DNA of 64,000 bases from IMG/VR virus record IMGVR_UViG_3300008266_000118. One strand, written 5' to 3'. This DNA is from a virus. This document shows positions 1 to 9,644 of this stretch, one piece after another. The notes below the pieces were generated by a model. That model saw only the letters and a list, made by a program, of their open reading frames with translations, had not been told where the DNA came from and searched no databases. Made by a program: the position numbers and the translations under genes. Within the stretch, counting starts at the first letter, position 1. Every line of letters starts with the position of its first letter.

Positions 1-4
1 ATAT

Positions 5-241
5 TTGGTAAAAGAGCTTGGCGATATATTAGACGCAAGATTTATTAAACCAATGCAAGACTTATTAATTGTTAACGCAGTTAATAAAGCCAAAAAACTT
101 GAACGTGAGCAGATGATTGATTTTGCAGATAACTACGTTGACAATTGCGTAATACCAAACGAAAATATGGCAATACCTACTATAATGGATGTGCCAAATT
201 ACTACGAACAAACATACGGAGGTAACAATGAAAGCAACTGA
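5..241 (+). CDS. hypothetical protein, 5'-truncated (frame is open to window start at nt 2)
   Basis: ORF runs off the left edge; same strand and packing as the downstream early genes. Confidence 0.4.
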   Translation: MVKELGDILDARFIKPMQDLLIVNAVNKAKKLEREQMIDFADNYVDNCVIPNENMAIPTIMDVPNYYEQTYGGNNESN

Positions 242-626
242 TTTGAGAATTGGTAATTTAGTGACTGATGAATTTTACGATTCATTTAACACGATACTTA
301 AAGTTGAAAGTATTAATGAGTTTGGGATAAACTTAATTATTGAAGATGATGGTAATTATCCTGAAATTGCTTCACGTTGGATTGAACCTGAGCTTACTTT
401 TGACAAATTGCGAGGCATCCCATTAACAGAAGAATGGCTTTTGAAGTTTGGGTTAAAAAGCGAATTAAATGGTTATTATTATATTGATGACTTTGTAATT
501 AGCTTAGATGGGTATGTTTATTTTGGAATTGAAGAAAAATACATCAGGTCAATTGAGTTTGTTCATGACCTACAGAATCTGTATTACGCAATAAAAGGAG
601 AGGAACTAACCTATGACCCTAATTAA
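189..626 (+). CDS. hypothetical protein
   Basis: 145-aa ORF, tightly packed in the + strand operon. Confidence 0.4.
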   Translation: MCQITTNKHTEVTMKATDLRIGNLVTDEFYDSFNTILKVESINEFGINLIIEDDGNYPEIASRWIEPELTFDKLRGIPLTEEWLLKFGLKSELNGYYYIDDFVISLDGYVYFGIEEKYIRSIEFVHDLQNLYYAIKGEELTYDPN

Positions 627-819
627 ACAAGAATCCCACCTATTAACCTGCGATAGTTGCGGGTATGAGATGCAGATTGATGGGAAATATAAAGACCCAC
701 AAAAATGGTATGTAGAATATAAATTACTTGAAAATGTTAAACACTACTGCCCAGACTGCCACATAGTAGATGAACACGATAAAGTGATTATTAGAAAAAA
801 GGAGGATAACAATGAGTAA
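613..819 (+). CDS. small zinc-ribbon protein (CxxC...CxxC)
   Basis: two Cys pairs (CDSCGYE ... CPDCH); start overlaps upstream stop. Confidence 0.45.
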   Translation: MTLIKQESHLLTCDSCGYEMQIDGKYKDPQKWYVEYKLLENVKHYCPDCHIVDEHDKVIIRKKEDNNE

Positions 820-1009
820 CGAAACATACGAACAAGCCTTATATTTTAACAAAGGTTTTGAATCAGGTGCTAAATGGCAGGCAGAAAGAATGTATAGTGA
901 GGAAGATATGGAGGAATATGCTCAATACTATTGGCAAGCAGGTATAAATAATAGATATGTTAATAGTCTTACCCCTAAAGAATGGTTTGAACAATTTAAA
1001 AAGAAATAA
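812..1009 (+). CDS. hypothetical protein, paralogue of 62978..63196
   Basis: shares the GAKWQAER motif and a C-terminal EQFKKK with the ORF at 62978..63196. Confidence 0.5.
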   Translation: MSNETYEQALYFNKGFESGAKWQAERMYSEEDMEEYAQYYWQAGINNRYVNSLTPKEWFEQFKKK

Positions 1010-1099
1010 CTATGCGAGTAAAAACACCAAAAAATATTCGGGTTAAGTCGCCTAAAATGAAGGTTAGTAAACAACAAAAGAAACGCAATGACCTAACTT

Positions 1100-1396
1100 T
1101 TGCTTTTAAAAATTCAAGTCATTCACAAAGCAATAACCAAGCCAACCAATGAAGCGAGCAATGCTACTCGGTATATTACTAATAACGAAAACACAATGAT
1201 ACAAATAGCTAAAGCTTTTACTATATTAGTACTATGGTTTATCCTTATAGATTTTGCCATGCTACTGATAAATTATCCATCTGACATTGCTTTCTATGGC
1301 GGATGGGCTACAATACTGATAGGTATATTCTGTACCTATTTTTTAATTACATATAAACCAACAAACAAAACAAAAAACAATGAAAAAACAATTTAG
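1100..1396 (+). CDS. small membrane protein (2 TM); true start probably an internal Met
   Basis: two hydrophobic helices (FTILVLWFILIDFAMLLI / WATILIGIFCTYFLI). Confidence 0.35.
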   Translation: MLLKIQVIHKAITKPTNEASNATRYITNNENTMIQIAKAFTILVLWFILIDFAMLLINYPSDIAFYGGWATILIGIFCTYFLITYKPTNKTKNNEKTI

Positions 1397-2210
1397 ACTT
1401 GCGCTACTTGCGCTAACAATCATGATTTCTGCATCATGCACTCGAATCTCAGTAGGCTCAGTAGGAGTTATGGTAAATCAATTTGGTACAGACAAAGGTG
1501 TTATGGATGCCACGGAGTGTACAGGCACTGTATGGTACAATCCTATCAAGTATGACATCTACGAGTTCCCTACGACCATTCAGCACAAAGAATACTCACA
1601 AACAGAAGATTTAGACGAATCATTTGTGGTAAACAGTAAAGATGGAGCTGAATTTCATGTAAGCCCGATTGTAAACTACTCTGTGATTCCTGAGAAAGTG
1701 GTAGACGTATTTAAAGCCTATAAGAAAGAGTTACCCGAATTAGAGGTAGGATTTATCAAGACAGCCGTATATGATGCGTTTAGGATAGCTACAAATAGCT
1801 TTACATCTGATTCCTTGATAAGCAATAGAAGTACATATGAGTTGAAGGTAAGACAATTGCTAGACAAAGAGTTGAATAAGAATGGCTTTATCGTGCATCA
1901 ATTTACAAGCAATCTATCCTATCCTGAAACATTTAAGAAAGCTATTGAAGCTAAAAACGCAATGACACAACAAGCAATGCAGGCAGAGAATAAAGTAAAG
2001 TTTGCTGAAGCTAACGCAAAAATACAAATTGCTACCGCAGAAGGTAATGCTCGCTCTTTGATTATTCAAGCTGAAGCTGAAGCTACCGCAAATAGATTGA
2101 GACAACAATCTTTAACTCCACTATTGATTAACCAACAATTTATAGCCAAATGGAATGGCGTTCTACCTATGTACGGACAAGTACCATCATTATTCAAAAA
2201 CATCAACTAA
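1380..2210 (+). CDS. SPFH/band-7-like lipoprotein
   Basis: lipoprotein signal MKKQFRLALLALTIMISASC; C-terminal Ala/Glu/Gln-rich region (QAEAEATANRL) typical of SPFH/HflKC proteins. Confidence 0.5.
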   Translation: MKKQFRLALLALTIMISASCTRISVGSVGVMVNQFGTDKGVMDATECTGTVWYNPIKYDIYEFPTTIQHKEYSQTEDLDESFVVNSKDGAEFHVSPIVNYSVIPEKVVDVFKAYKKELPELEVGFIKTAVYDAFRIATNSFTSDSLISNRSTYELKVRQLLDKELNKNGFIVHQFTSNLSYPETFKKAIEAKNAMTQQAMQAENKVKFAEANAKIQIATAEGNARSLIIQAEAEATANRLRQQSLTPLLINQQFIAKWNGVLPMYGQVPSLFKNIN

Positions 2211-2230
2211 AAACATAACAAGCAAAACAC

Positions 2231-2671
2231 ATGAAAAACAACAAAACACAAACAGCTAGAGAGGAAGTAATCAACTACTTAACATCAAGCGTACCTGAAG
2301 GAGCAACATTTACTTCAACGGAAATCGCTACCAAGTTTAATCACTCCGCCACACACCTTGTTACTATCAGCCATCTATTGAAAATGGGGCATATATACAA
2401 GATAAAAAGGGGTGTATATAAATGTTTTACCACTCTTTTTACAGATGATAACCTAGCCAAAAAGATTAAAGACCATGCCAATAAAACACAGAGGGGTTAC
2501 TACGATGCTAAAAGAGAGCGGTCTGTCAAAGAAGTAGAGGCACTTAAAATCCCTTTAAATCTCAAGGCTATAACCACCATCACTGATTACCCTGATAGCA
2601 CTTTAATCGAAGAGCTTAAAAGAAGAGGGTACAAGATTATGAAACCTGTTAACCAATACGAGGAGGTGTAA
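2231..2671 (+). CDS. hypothetical protein
   Basis: 146-aa ORF in operon. Confidence 0.4.
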   Translation: MKNNKTQTAREEVINYLTSSVPEGATFTSTEIATKFNHSATHLVTISHLLKMGHIYKIKRGVYKCFTTLFTDDNLAKKIKDHANKTQRGYYDAKRERSVKEVEALKIPLNLKAITTITDYPDSTLIEELKRRGYKIMKPVNQYEEV

Positions 2672-2674
2672 GTA

Positions 2675-2842
2675 ATGAAAGTACAAGTAACTATAAAGAA
2701 AGCTAACGCTTTGCCTAATTACCCATATTTGGGAATAAGAAAAGATGTGGGTTTAATTGTGCTTTTCATCAAAGCTGAAACGGGTGTGGTTATTCGTGGT
2801 ACTATACATAATAATGTAGGAGAATATTCAAAAATAAGCTAA
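2675..2842 (+). CDS. small hypothetical protein (55 aa), absent from ORF track
   Basis: ATG at 2675 preceded by GAGGAGGTG; fills the gap between flanking genes. Confidence 0.3.
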   Translation: MKVQVTIKKANALPNYPYLGIRKDVGLIVLFIKAETGVVIRGTIHNNVGEYSKIS

Positions 2843-2888
2843 ATTGATTTACCTTATATTGAAAAACTTTATTAAATAAAGAAAAAAC

Positions 2889-3128
2889 ATGAAAAAACTA
2901 TTATTAATTTCAATCATTACCATTCTATTCTCATGCAAGAAAGAGTGTAATTTCCCACCAGCACCCTATGGTACGCCTAATGATGTATCTGAATACACAA
3001 GCGCAGGGTACAACACCATTACCTATACCTACTACTGCTATAATGGAAGGTACACCGCAGTAACGTACACCAACACAGATGCGTGTCAATGGTCTGAATC
3101 TTACTATTATTCTACTTGTATAAAGTAA
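2889..3128 (+). CDS. small Tyr/Cys-rich lipoprotein
   Basis: signal plus lipobox MKKLLLISIITILFSC. Confidence 0.5.
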   Translation: MKKLLLISIITILFSCKKECNFPPAPYGTPNDVSEYTSAGYNTITYTYYCYNGRYTAVTYTNTDACQWSESYYYSTCIK

Positions 3129-3135
3129 GCAGCAC

Positions 3136-3957
3136 ATGAAATATTTTATTGACACAGAGTTTATCGAGGGAACTCAAACCAAAAAGATTTTAGGAATACC
3201 CTATGGTAAAACACCTCCCACTATTGACCTCATTAGCATAGGTATTGTTTCAGAAGATGGGCGTGAATACTACGCCATATCCAAGGACTTTAACTTGCGT
3301 GAGGCATGGGAGAGATACCAAATTGAACAAAAGTGGTATTCCATAGATTCTGAAAACCAATCAACAAGAAATGTGAAGGTGTATTGGATAAGAGAAAACG
3401 TGCTTAAACCAATATGGGTAGAACTATCACTTAAAAGTTGTGAAGGAAAGGGTGCAATTGTAAATGGAACATATATAAATGCAGAACAAAATAGGCTTTT
3501 CACAGAGCAGTGCATTAAAGAATCAAATCAATTTACCTATAACAACTTGAAAATGCTTATCAACAAGTACGGCAAGACCAATGCTGAAATAGCCACAGAG
3601 GTAAAAGAGTTTTGTAAACCAAATAGAGTTTATGAGGTAGTACAACCAATAACAATAAAGTATTCTGAAATACAAAATCCTGAGTTCTACGCTTACTATG
3701 CAGATTACGATTGGGTAGTGTTTTGTTGGTTGTTTGGTAAAATGAATGACCTCCCCGATGGTTTCCCAAAATACTGCATTGACCTGAAACAAGAGTTGGA
3801 TAGGAAAGCTGTTCTATACTTTACAGATAAAACATTAGAGCAAAATATTTCCTACATAAAGAATAGGAACGATTACCCCAAAGAAACCAACGCTCACAAC
3901 GCCTTGGCAGATGCACGTTGGAACCAAGAGCTATATAACTTCATAAAATCATTGTAA
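3136..3957 (+). CDS. DEDDh-family 3'-5' exonuclease (DnaQ/RNase T-like)
   Basis: Exo I motif FIDTEF near the N-terminus and Exo III motif HNALADA near the C-terminus. Confidence 0.6.
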   Translation: MKYFIDTEFIEGTQTKKILGIPYGKTPPTIDLISIGIVSEDGREYYAISKDFNLREAWERYQIEQKWYSIDSENQSTRNVKVYWIRENVLKPIWVELSLKSCEGKGAIVNGTYINAEQNRLFTEQCIKESNQFTYNNLKMLINKYGKTNAEIATEVKEFCKPNRVYEVVQPITIKYSEIQNPEFYAYYADYDWVVFCWLFGKMNDLPDGFPKYCIDLKQELDRKAVLYFTDKTLEQNISYIKNRNDYPKETNAHNALADARWNQELYNFIKSL

Positions 3958-4223
3958 TGAAAAAGGTTGCAACTCAAAAGGGTCATGACTATAAATTAGT
4001 CATATACAACGGCAGGGTGAAAGTTTATGTTGACGGATATGTAATGTTCTGTTTCAACCAAATAGACTTCGTAGGCTACTACTGCTACAAAGATGATACT
4101 GACCTATACGGCTTGGACATATACCTCAATAGACAAGGTGCAGGGCATCAAATCATGGAAATCTATTTCAAGACCAAAACTAATTGGCTTAACATCATCA
4201 AACTTTTAGACGAGAAACTTTAA
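3957..4223 (+). CDS. hypothetical protein
   Basis: 88-aa ORF, ATGA start/stop overlap with upstream gene. Confidence 0.4.
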   Translation: MKKVATQKGHDYKLVIYNGRVKVYVDGYVMFCFNQIDFVGYYCYKDDTDLYGLDIYLNRQGAGHQIMEIYFKTKTNWLNIIKLLDEKL

Positions 4224-4260
4224 CTACGGGAACAGGTATAACTGAACAAACAAAAAGATT

Positions 4261-4875
4261 ATGGGATGCGATATACATATGTATGTAGAGTACAAAAAAG
4301 AGATGCCTATTAAGGGCGTGCAACAACAAAAATGGGTTTCAGGTGACTACTTTAAACATAACCCCTACAAAGGGATTGATTATGACGATGAATTTTTCCG
4401 CATAGAGTTATATGGAAACAGAAACTACGCTTTGTTTGCTACACTAGCAGGGGTAAGGGATTATTCAGAATTAAACAAGCCTGTTTCTGAACCAAAGGGG
4501 ATGCCTGACGATTGCTGCGAATTTGTAAAGAAAGAATGTGATGGATGGGATATAGATGGTCATACACATTCATGGCTTACTCTTAAAGAAATAAAGGATT
4601 ATCAAGCTAAATCCCCTACATTCCAAACTTCAGGGCTGATAAATCCTGAAGCAGTAATAGAGTTTGATAAAAATGGAACTATTCCAAAAGCTTGGTGTCA
4701 ATACACTAACATGGAAGGATGGGAAAGAAGGAATTGGTCAGAGCCAAATGAAACATTACTACCATTAATTGAATTACTGCAACAAAGAGCGCATGAATTA
4801 TTGCAATACAAATGGCACGAATACGATACCGCTAATGATGAAAATATTAGAATCGTATTTTGGTTTGACAATTAA
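4261..4875 (+). CDS. hypothetical protein
   Basis: 204-aa ORF. Confidence 0.4.
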   Translation: MGCDIHMYVEYKKEMPIKGVQQQKWVSGDYFKHNPYKGIDYDDEFFRIELYGNRNYALFATLAGVRDYSELNKPVSEPKGMPDDCCEFVKKECDGWDIDGHTHSWLTLKEIKDYQAKSPTFQTSGLINPEAVIEFDKNGTIPKAWCQYTNMEGWERRNWSEPNETLLPLIELLQQRAHELLQYKWHEYDTANDENIRIVFWFDN

Positions 4876-4921
4876 CAGAATAAACTAACAGGGGGAACGG
4901 CTGAACCGAACACAAAATAAT

Positions 4922-5299
4922 ATGGAAAAAATAATGATTAGCCAACCAATGAATGGCTTTACCGAAGAACAAATTGTAGAAACACGAAACAGATTTTTAG
5001 AATTTGCTACTAAAGAAAACTTGCAAGTAGTAAACACTTATTTTAATGATGAGTGGTACTCAAAAGATGCTATGACACAAAGGGGTGTAATTCAGATACC
5101 ATTATGTTTTTTAGCAAAATCAATTGAAAACATGAGTTTATGCCATAAAGCCTATTTTGCAAAAGGATGGGAAAATGCAAGAGGTTGTAAGATTGAACAT
5201 GAAATAGCCCTTAAATATGGTTTAGAGATAATCTATGAAAGTCCTGCCAAGGAACGATTATCTCATTTAACAGTTGTCGTACAGAATACCATTGGGTAG
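4922..5299 (+). CDS. DUF4406 / nucleoside 2-deoxyribosyltransferase-like protein
   Basis: size and motifs (ISQPMNG ... KGWENARGCKIEHEIA) recalled as resembling the phage DUF4406 family. Confidence 0.4.
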   Translation: MEKIMISQPMNGFTEEQIVETRNRFLEFATKENLQVVNTYFNDEWYSKDAMTQRGVIQIPLCFLAKSIENMSLCHKAYFAKGWENARGCKIEHEIALKYGLEIIYESPAKERLSHLTVVVQNTIG

Positions 5300-5331
5300 A
5301 ACATTCACAATCATCTTTTTAATTACAAAAA

Positions 5332-5541
5332 ATGGATAATGAAATAAAAATAGTGCCATACGGAAGTTGGTACACGCTTAAAAGAAATGGTGACGAAATC
5401 ACCATCACAGGTTATGACCCTTCACAAGAAATAGACGTTGGAAGAGACCATGTAGGTAAATTCAATAACGAAGCAAATAGGGTTAATTCTTTCTACTCGG
5501 CAACAGCTAATTTAATTGAAAATGAACCAAGAATTAATTGA
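5332..5541 (+). CDS. hypothetical protein
   Basis: 69-aa ORF. Confidence 0.35.
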   Translation: MDNEIKIVPYGSWYTLKRNGDEITITGYDPSQEIDVGRDHVGKFNNEANRVNSFYSATANLIENEPRIN

Positions 5542-5812
5542 CGAATACATCCGATGGTCTAAAGATACTTTCGGGGATGAAAATTGGATTAACGTGCTAT
5601 CAAAACTCAGGACTGAAGAAGTATGGGAGTTCAGGGAAGCCGTGGTACTTAAAAATAAAGAGCAACAATTAGAGGAATTAGCAGATTGCTTTTTCCTCTT
5701 ATTCAAGCTAGCTCATCTAACAGGTTTTAATATTGAAGATATTGAATCAGGGATGGCAACCAAACTCATTAAACTACATAGCAGGCAGTATGTAAACGGA
5801 AAAAAAATATGA
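5516..5812 (+). CDS. MazG-like nucleotide pyrophosphohydrolase
   Basis: EEVWEFREA ... EELADCFFLLFKLAHLTG matches the MazG EExxE / ELaDvl helix pair. Confidence 0.6.
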   Translation: MKMNQELIDEYIRWSKDTFGDENWINVLSKLRTEEVWEFREAVVLKNKEQQLEELADCFFLLFKLAHLTGFNIEDIESGMATKLIKLHSRQYVNGKKI

Positions 5813-5975
5813 TAAGATACAACACTTACTTTACAGTAGATGGAGTCAGGAAAAGCAAAGTATATGAGGCTGAATCTGTAGACTCAGAGAAGATTAGAAA
5901 AAAAGTTCTTAGAGACTTTAAAGGTGCAACAGACATTAAAGTAAGGCAAAGCAACAACGGAGGGGAGGGTCAATT

Positions 5976-6392
5976 ATGAAAGATTTTATAGAATACCTAT
6001 CAAAGAAATATCAATTTAATATTGACGATGAAACGCTTTTATTCAGAGAAGTATCACCTATAAAAAGTAGTGAAGATATTTTTGAGTATATGTTAAGCGA
6101 GATATGCTTCTACTCCGAGTTTAGCCCAAGCCAAGTGCTAGGCAAGACAAGGAAGAGGGAGATAGTATATGCTAGACACCTATTAGCCTTTTTTCTAATG
6201 AAATCAGGCGCTTTCTCTTTAACAAGGGTAGGACAAAAGATTGGTGGCAGAAATCACGCAACTATCATTAATTCAAAAAGGGTAGCTGAAGACTTACTAT
6301 CTGTTAAGGACGAAATAATGTATCCACTTTATTTAAAAACCAAACATTTAATTCATGAAAATAATACTAGCAGCAGCCCTGTCAAGTTATAG
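5976..6392 (+). CDS. hypothetical protein
   Basis: 138-aa ORF. Confidence 0.4.
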   Translation: MKDFIEYLSKKYQFNIDDETLLFREVSPIKSSEDIFEYMLSEICFYSEFSPSQVLGKTRKREIVYARHLLAFFLMKSGAFSLTRVGQKIGGRNHATIINSKRVAEDLLSVKDEIMYPLYLKTKHLIHENNTSSSPVKL

Positions 6393-6714
6393 ACCAAAAG
6401 CAGATGGCTCTTTCTCCCTTTCATTTGGCACATATATCCTTTCTGAAGAAGCTAAGATTCAAATCATGAAGCTGCACAATGCTTCAGGCATCCTTCTATT
6501 TACAGATAAGGATAAGGTAGAGCAAGATGATGTGGATGTAATAGACAATATTGACATTGAGCTAGGTAACAATAAAAGCCAAAGCGAAAGAATCAGGAAT
6601 GTCTACTACAAGATATGGGAACAGGACTTTAAAGAACACATGGACTTTAAAACCTACTATATCAATGAGACAAATGCAATAATCAAGTACTTGAAAGGTA
6701 AGCTTCGTGAATAA
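6355..6714 (+). CDS. hypothetical protein
   Basis: 119-aa ORF. Confidence 0.35.
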   Translation: MKIILAAALSSYRPKADGSFSLSFGTYILSEEAKIQIMKLHNASGILLFTDKDKVEQDDVDVIDNIDIELGNNKSQSERIRNVYYKIWEQDFKEHMDFKTYYINETNAIIKYLKGKLRE

Positions 6715-6845
6715 AAAAAAACTATGAAAAACCTGTTAAAAATAATCCTATTCAGGATAACCCCCTTTTTCCTTGCATTCTTTTTGATTATAATATGCTT
6801 TGTACTTCTTACCTTTAAACTTGTTATCCTACAGCTTTATAAAGC

Positions 6846-7223
6846 ATGGATACGCATAAAAAACAAAGTAAAGAGAGCATGAGTATTACTATTAAAATAG
6901 CCCCATTGTCAATAAACAGAGCTTACCGTGGCAAAAGATTCAAAACTCCTGAGTACGAAAAATGGTCGAAAGATGTAATCATACTTTTACCTAAAAAGTT
7001 TCAAATGCCTGATGCCCCTTATGAGATGGAGATAGTATTTGGATTTAGTAATAAGGCTAGCGATGTAGATAATGGCAATAAAACCTTCATTGATTTGCTG
7101 CAAACAAAGTACAAGTTCAATGACAAGGAGATATACAAGCTAACGTCTATCAAAAAGATAGTCAAGAAAGGTCAGGAATTTATCACCTTTAAAGTTAAGA
7201 CATACGCAGATGAAACCCAATGA
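6846..7223 (+). CDS. rusA: RusA-like Holliday junction resolvase
   Basis: size about 125 aa; PLSINRAY ... DVDNGNKTFIDLL matches the RusA catalytic Asp region. Confidence 0.55.
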   Translation: MDTHKKQSKESMSITIKIAPLSINRAYRGKRFKTPEYEKWSKDVIILLPKKFQMPDAPYEMEIVFGFSNKASDVDNGNKTFIDLLQTKYKFNDKEIYKLTSIKKIVKKGQEFITFKVKTYADETQ

Positions 7224-7298
7224 AAATAAAATAGACGACCTGTTTATAGTGCTAGCTATTTATGCGGTTGTATTGACGGCAGTACATCTGTACGTCTA

Positions 7299-7862
7299 CT
7301 AAAGAAAGTCAACTACGATAGTATGTGGTGCTTTTTTGTTTCCTCCAAAGTAGATAGGGGCTGAGAATCCTCTTTTAGAGGGTATCTCCTGAGTCAAATT
7401 CCAATGAGTTGATTCTACACTATATGTTACATATGTGGCATAAGGCGTAATGGACATACTATATTCTCTCCCTATCTCACAGGAGAAAGGAGTTAAACCT
7501 AATGTCTCAGCATATTCCCTTCTACCATCGGTATATAGGTACGGAGCAACCTGTATACAATCACTTTGTATGTCATAGCGCCACCCAAATCGTGCGCTAT
7601 TCTCATGCATTTGAAACTGCTTAATTAGAGGGGTGAATCCAAAGGAAACCCCAAACAATTTATTCCAATCCTTTTGGTCTTCTCCTACGCTGTATCGGCA
7701 GGAGTCTGTAAATCTAATCTTTTTTTCAATCGGAGCGCCCGACCAAATACCTGTGAATTGGGTCAAGCACATATGCATTCCTTTTAGTATTTTCATCTTT
7801 TCCAATGTAAAGCAACTAAACACAATATAACCACCCATGAGGCTATAAAAGCCCACATCCAA
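7299..7862 (-). CDS. hypothetical protein; true start probably an internal Met
   Basis: 187-aa ORF downstream of the lysis genes; aromatic-rich, possibly envelope-associated. Confidence 0.35.
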   Translation of the reverse strand: MDVGFYSLMGGYIVFSCFTLEKMKILKGMHMCLTQFTGIWSGAPIEKKIRFTDSCRYSVGEDQKDWNKLFGVSFGFTPLIKQFQMHENSARFGWRYDIQSDCIQVAPYLYTDGRREYAETLGLTPFSCEIGREYSMSITPYATYVTYSVESTHWNLTQEIPSKRGFSAPIYFGGNKKAPHTIVVDFL

Positions 7863-8248
7863 TTCTTATTCTCAATTTCTATCGCCTTTGATGGCACTAT
7901 AACCTCTTTGGTATAGTATATGGTATCCGTTCTAGTAAACAAACGGTCTTTTATGTGTACTTTAGTCTTTACCTGTCTCAACGAATCTAAAGACAAAGAT
8001 ATAGACACAAGCGAGTCGCTATATATCTCAGCGTACTCTTGCGTGATGGAGTCAATATTAATCTTCGCCTCTATCACTTCCCCCTTAATAAAAATAGTAT
8101 CTAATTCTACAATCGTATCGTGAATAATAACCTTTGTCTCTAAGGTCTTGATTAGTTCAGGGTGTTTCTCTATCAAACGATTGAAACGCTTCTGAGGCGT
8201 ACAAGAAGCCAAAAGCAAAGAAAGCAAGATGATGTTTATGTATTTCAT
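7793..8248 (-). CDS. candidate unimolecular spanin (lipoprotein with C-terminal TM)
   Basis: N-terminal lipobox MKYINIILLSLLLASC plus C-terminal TM WMWAFIASWVVILCLVAL; sits next to the lysis enzyme and holins. Confidence 0.4.
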   Translation of the reverse strand: MKYINIILLSLLLASCTPQKRFNRLIEKHPELIKTLETKVIIHDTIVELDTIFIKGEVIEAKINIDSITQEYAEIYSDSLVSISLSLDSLRQVKTKVHIKDRLFTRTDTIYYTKEVIVPSKAIEIENKNWMWAFIASWVVILCLVALHWKR

Positions 8249-8330
8249 TTCTTTTTATTTTTTCTATACTCGTATTCCATTTTAATTAGCATACTAATTA
8301 CAACGAAAACACAAATATACACAAACATGG

Positions 8331-8765
8331 CTACATTATTTCGATAGTGATTTTCTCTTTCTTTTCTACCTTCTTTAACTCAGCCATAAATTTAGCCATG
8401 GCAGCAACTGAAGCGCCAATGAAATTTTCCCCTTTAGTTGTTCCTAATAAGATACAGCCATGGGAGTCGGCTGCCTTATTACCTGCATGGATACGGATAC
8501 CCTCAAATCCTTTTACGTTAGGTATCTCAGGCAAGTACTTCTGAAACCTATTAGAGAACGATAATACGAGATTGTATTTGCCACGAGGGATTGCAGTCAG
8601 ACCATAGACTTTTGTTTCGCCTGCGTCATCTAAATCCCCGTCCTTATTACTATCTCTATCGAAATCTTCTAATGTGTAACAAAAGAACTTGCCATTAATA
8701 TGCAATTCCCCGATAGTAGACTCTTTACTGAATGTTTTCCTGATTACCTTGATTTCCATTTCCAA
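8331..8765 (-). CDS. YkuD / L,D-transpeptidase-fold peptidoglycan enzyme (putative lysin)
   Basis: motif IHAGNKAADSHGCILLG resembles the YkuD catalytic H...SHGC; adjacent to two holin-like genes. Confidence 0.45.
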   Translation of the reverse strand: MEMEIKVIRKTFSKESTIGELHINGKFFCYTLEDFDRDSNKDGDLDDAGETKVYGLTAIPRGKYNLVLSFSNRFQKYLPEIPNVKGFEGIRIHAGNKAADSHGCILLGTTKGENFIGASVAAMAKFMAELKKVEKKEKITIEIM

Positions 8766-8952
8766 AAAAATTAGATAAGAATAAACCTGATGCGCCTAAT
8801 ATACCAATGAACATAGCCACTTTACTTTCACCAAAATATGCGAAAGTACCCGCTACGGTAGAACAGGTCAAGAATAAGGACATCCCTAATCTCGCTATGT
8901 TCTTTGGAGTTGGTTTAAAGAAGTATTTAAAACCGTAATTGTAGTTTTTCAT
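8725..8952 (-). CDS. holin-like small membrane protein (2 TM)
   Basis: 75 aa, two TM helices, overlaps neighbours, lies in the lysis cassette. Confidence 0.45.
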   Translation of the reverse strand: MKNYNYGFKYFFKPTPKNIARLGMSLFLTCSTVAGTFAYFGESKVAMFIGILGASGLFLSNFFGNGNQGNQENIQ

Positions 8953-9131
8953 TTAGAGAATAGTTCTTTAATTATTTTGATAGCGGTAAGGACAGATACT
9001 ACTGATGCTAACAAATAAGCTAACATTTGGAATAAGGGCATTATTTGCGCAACTGCTGCCCCTAAGGCAATCAGCCACGCAAATATGTTTTCTAAGATAA
9101 TTACTCTATTTTGGTGAATAACGGGTAACAT
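8949..9131 (-). CDS. holin/antiholin-like small membrane protein (2 TM)
   Basis: 60 aa, two TM helices; start overlaps the stop of the previous gene. Confidence 0.45.
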   Translation of the reverse strand: MLPVIHQNRVIILENIFAWLIALGAAVAQIMPLFQMLAYLLASVVSVLTAIKIIKELFSK

Positions 9132-9157
9132 TGCTTCAAGTGCTTTTTTTTTAAAAA

Positions 9158-9631
9158 TTATTTATTGGTTTGGCTCTCCTCTTGCTGACGGATTATTTCC
9201 GCCTCTAAAGCTTCTAGGTACGCTTCTTCAGACACATTAAACACATAACCGTTTAAAGTATCATAAATAGGCGCAGACATAAACAACAGTTTACCCTCTA
9301 GCTTTATTGGCTCATACTTGTCTAGTTCAAAAGATATCTCTTCTTTTCTCCATGCTTTTAAAGCAGCAAAAAGTTCTTTCTCCTTTGAGTCATCCATTAC
9401 AAGTATTTCAGCACCGTTCTGTAGCCTTTCTGTTTTAGCCTTTTTGTTAACACCTTCACCTTCAATGATTGCAAAATCCTTTCTCAAAAAATGTTCTTCA
9501 TCTGAAAGGTCTGCATACTCATCTTGGTATGCTTTAGTAAATTTCTTGGCAGCTAAACCTAGCTTGCTAAATGCTGCTTCAGACACTTGTTTGGCAGTGT
9601 TGTACTTAATTAAAAATTCTCCTTTTTTCAT
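9158..9631 (-). CDS. hypothetical protein
   Basis: 157-aa ORF in late operon. Confidence 0.4.
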   Translation of the reverse strand: MKKGEFLIKYNTAKQVSEAAFSKLGLAAKKFTKAYQDEYADLSDEEHFLRKDFAIIEGEGVNKKAKTERLQNGAEILVMDDSKEKELFAALKAWRKEEISFELDKYEPIKLEGKLLFMSAPIYDTLNGYVFNVSEEAYLEALEAEIIRQQEESQTNK

Positions 9632-9644
9632 GTTCCTTTTTTTT

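Noticed and set aside
1914-2108. Minus-strand ORF inside the SPFH-like gene, and similar antisense ORFs inside large genes (12604..12804, 13234..13531, 21564..21794, 22135..22377, 23784..24236, 31113..31769, 33614..33808, 41325..41690, 43332..43924)
   Set aside because: Each is fully embedded antisense in a longer ORF with coherent composition. They are typical low-complexity antisense artefacts in AT-rich DNA.
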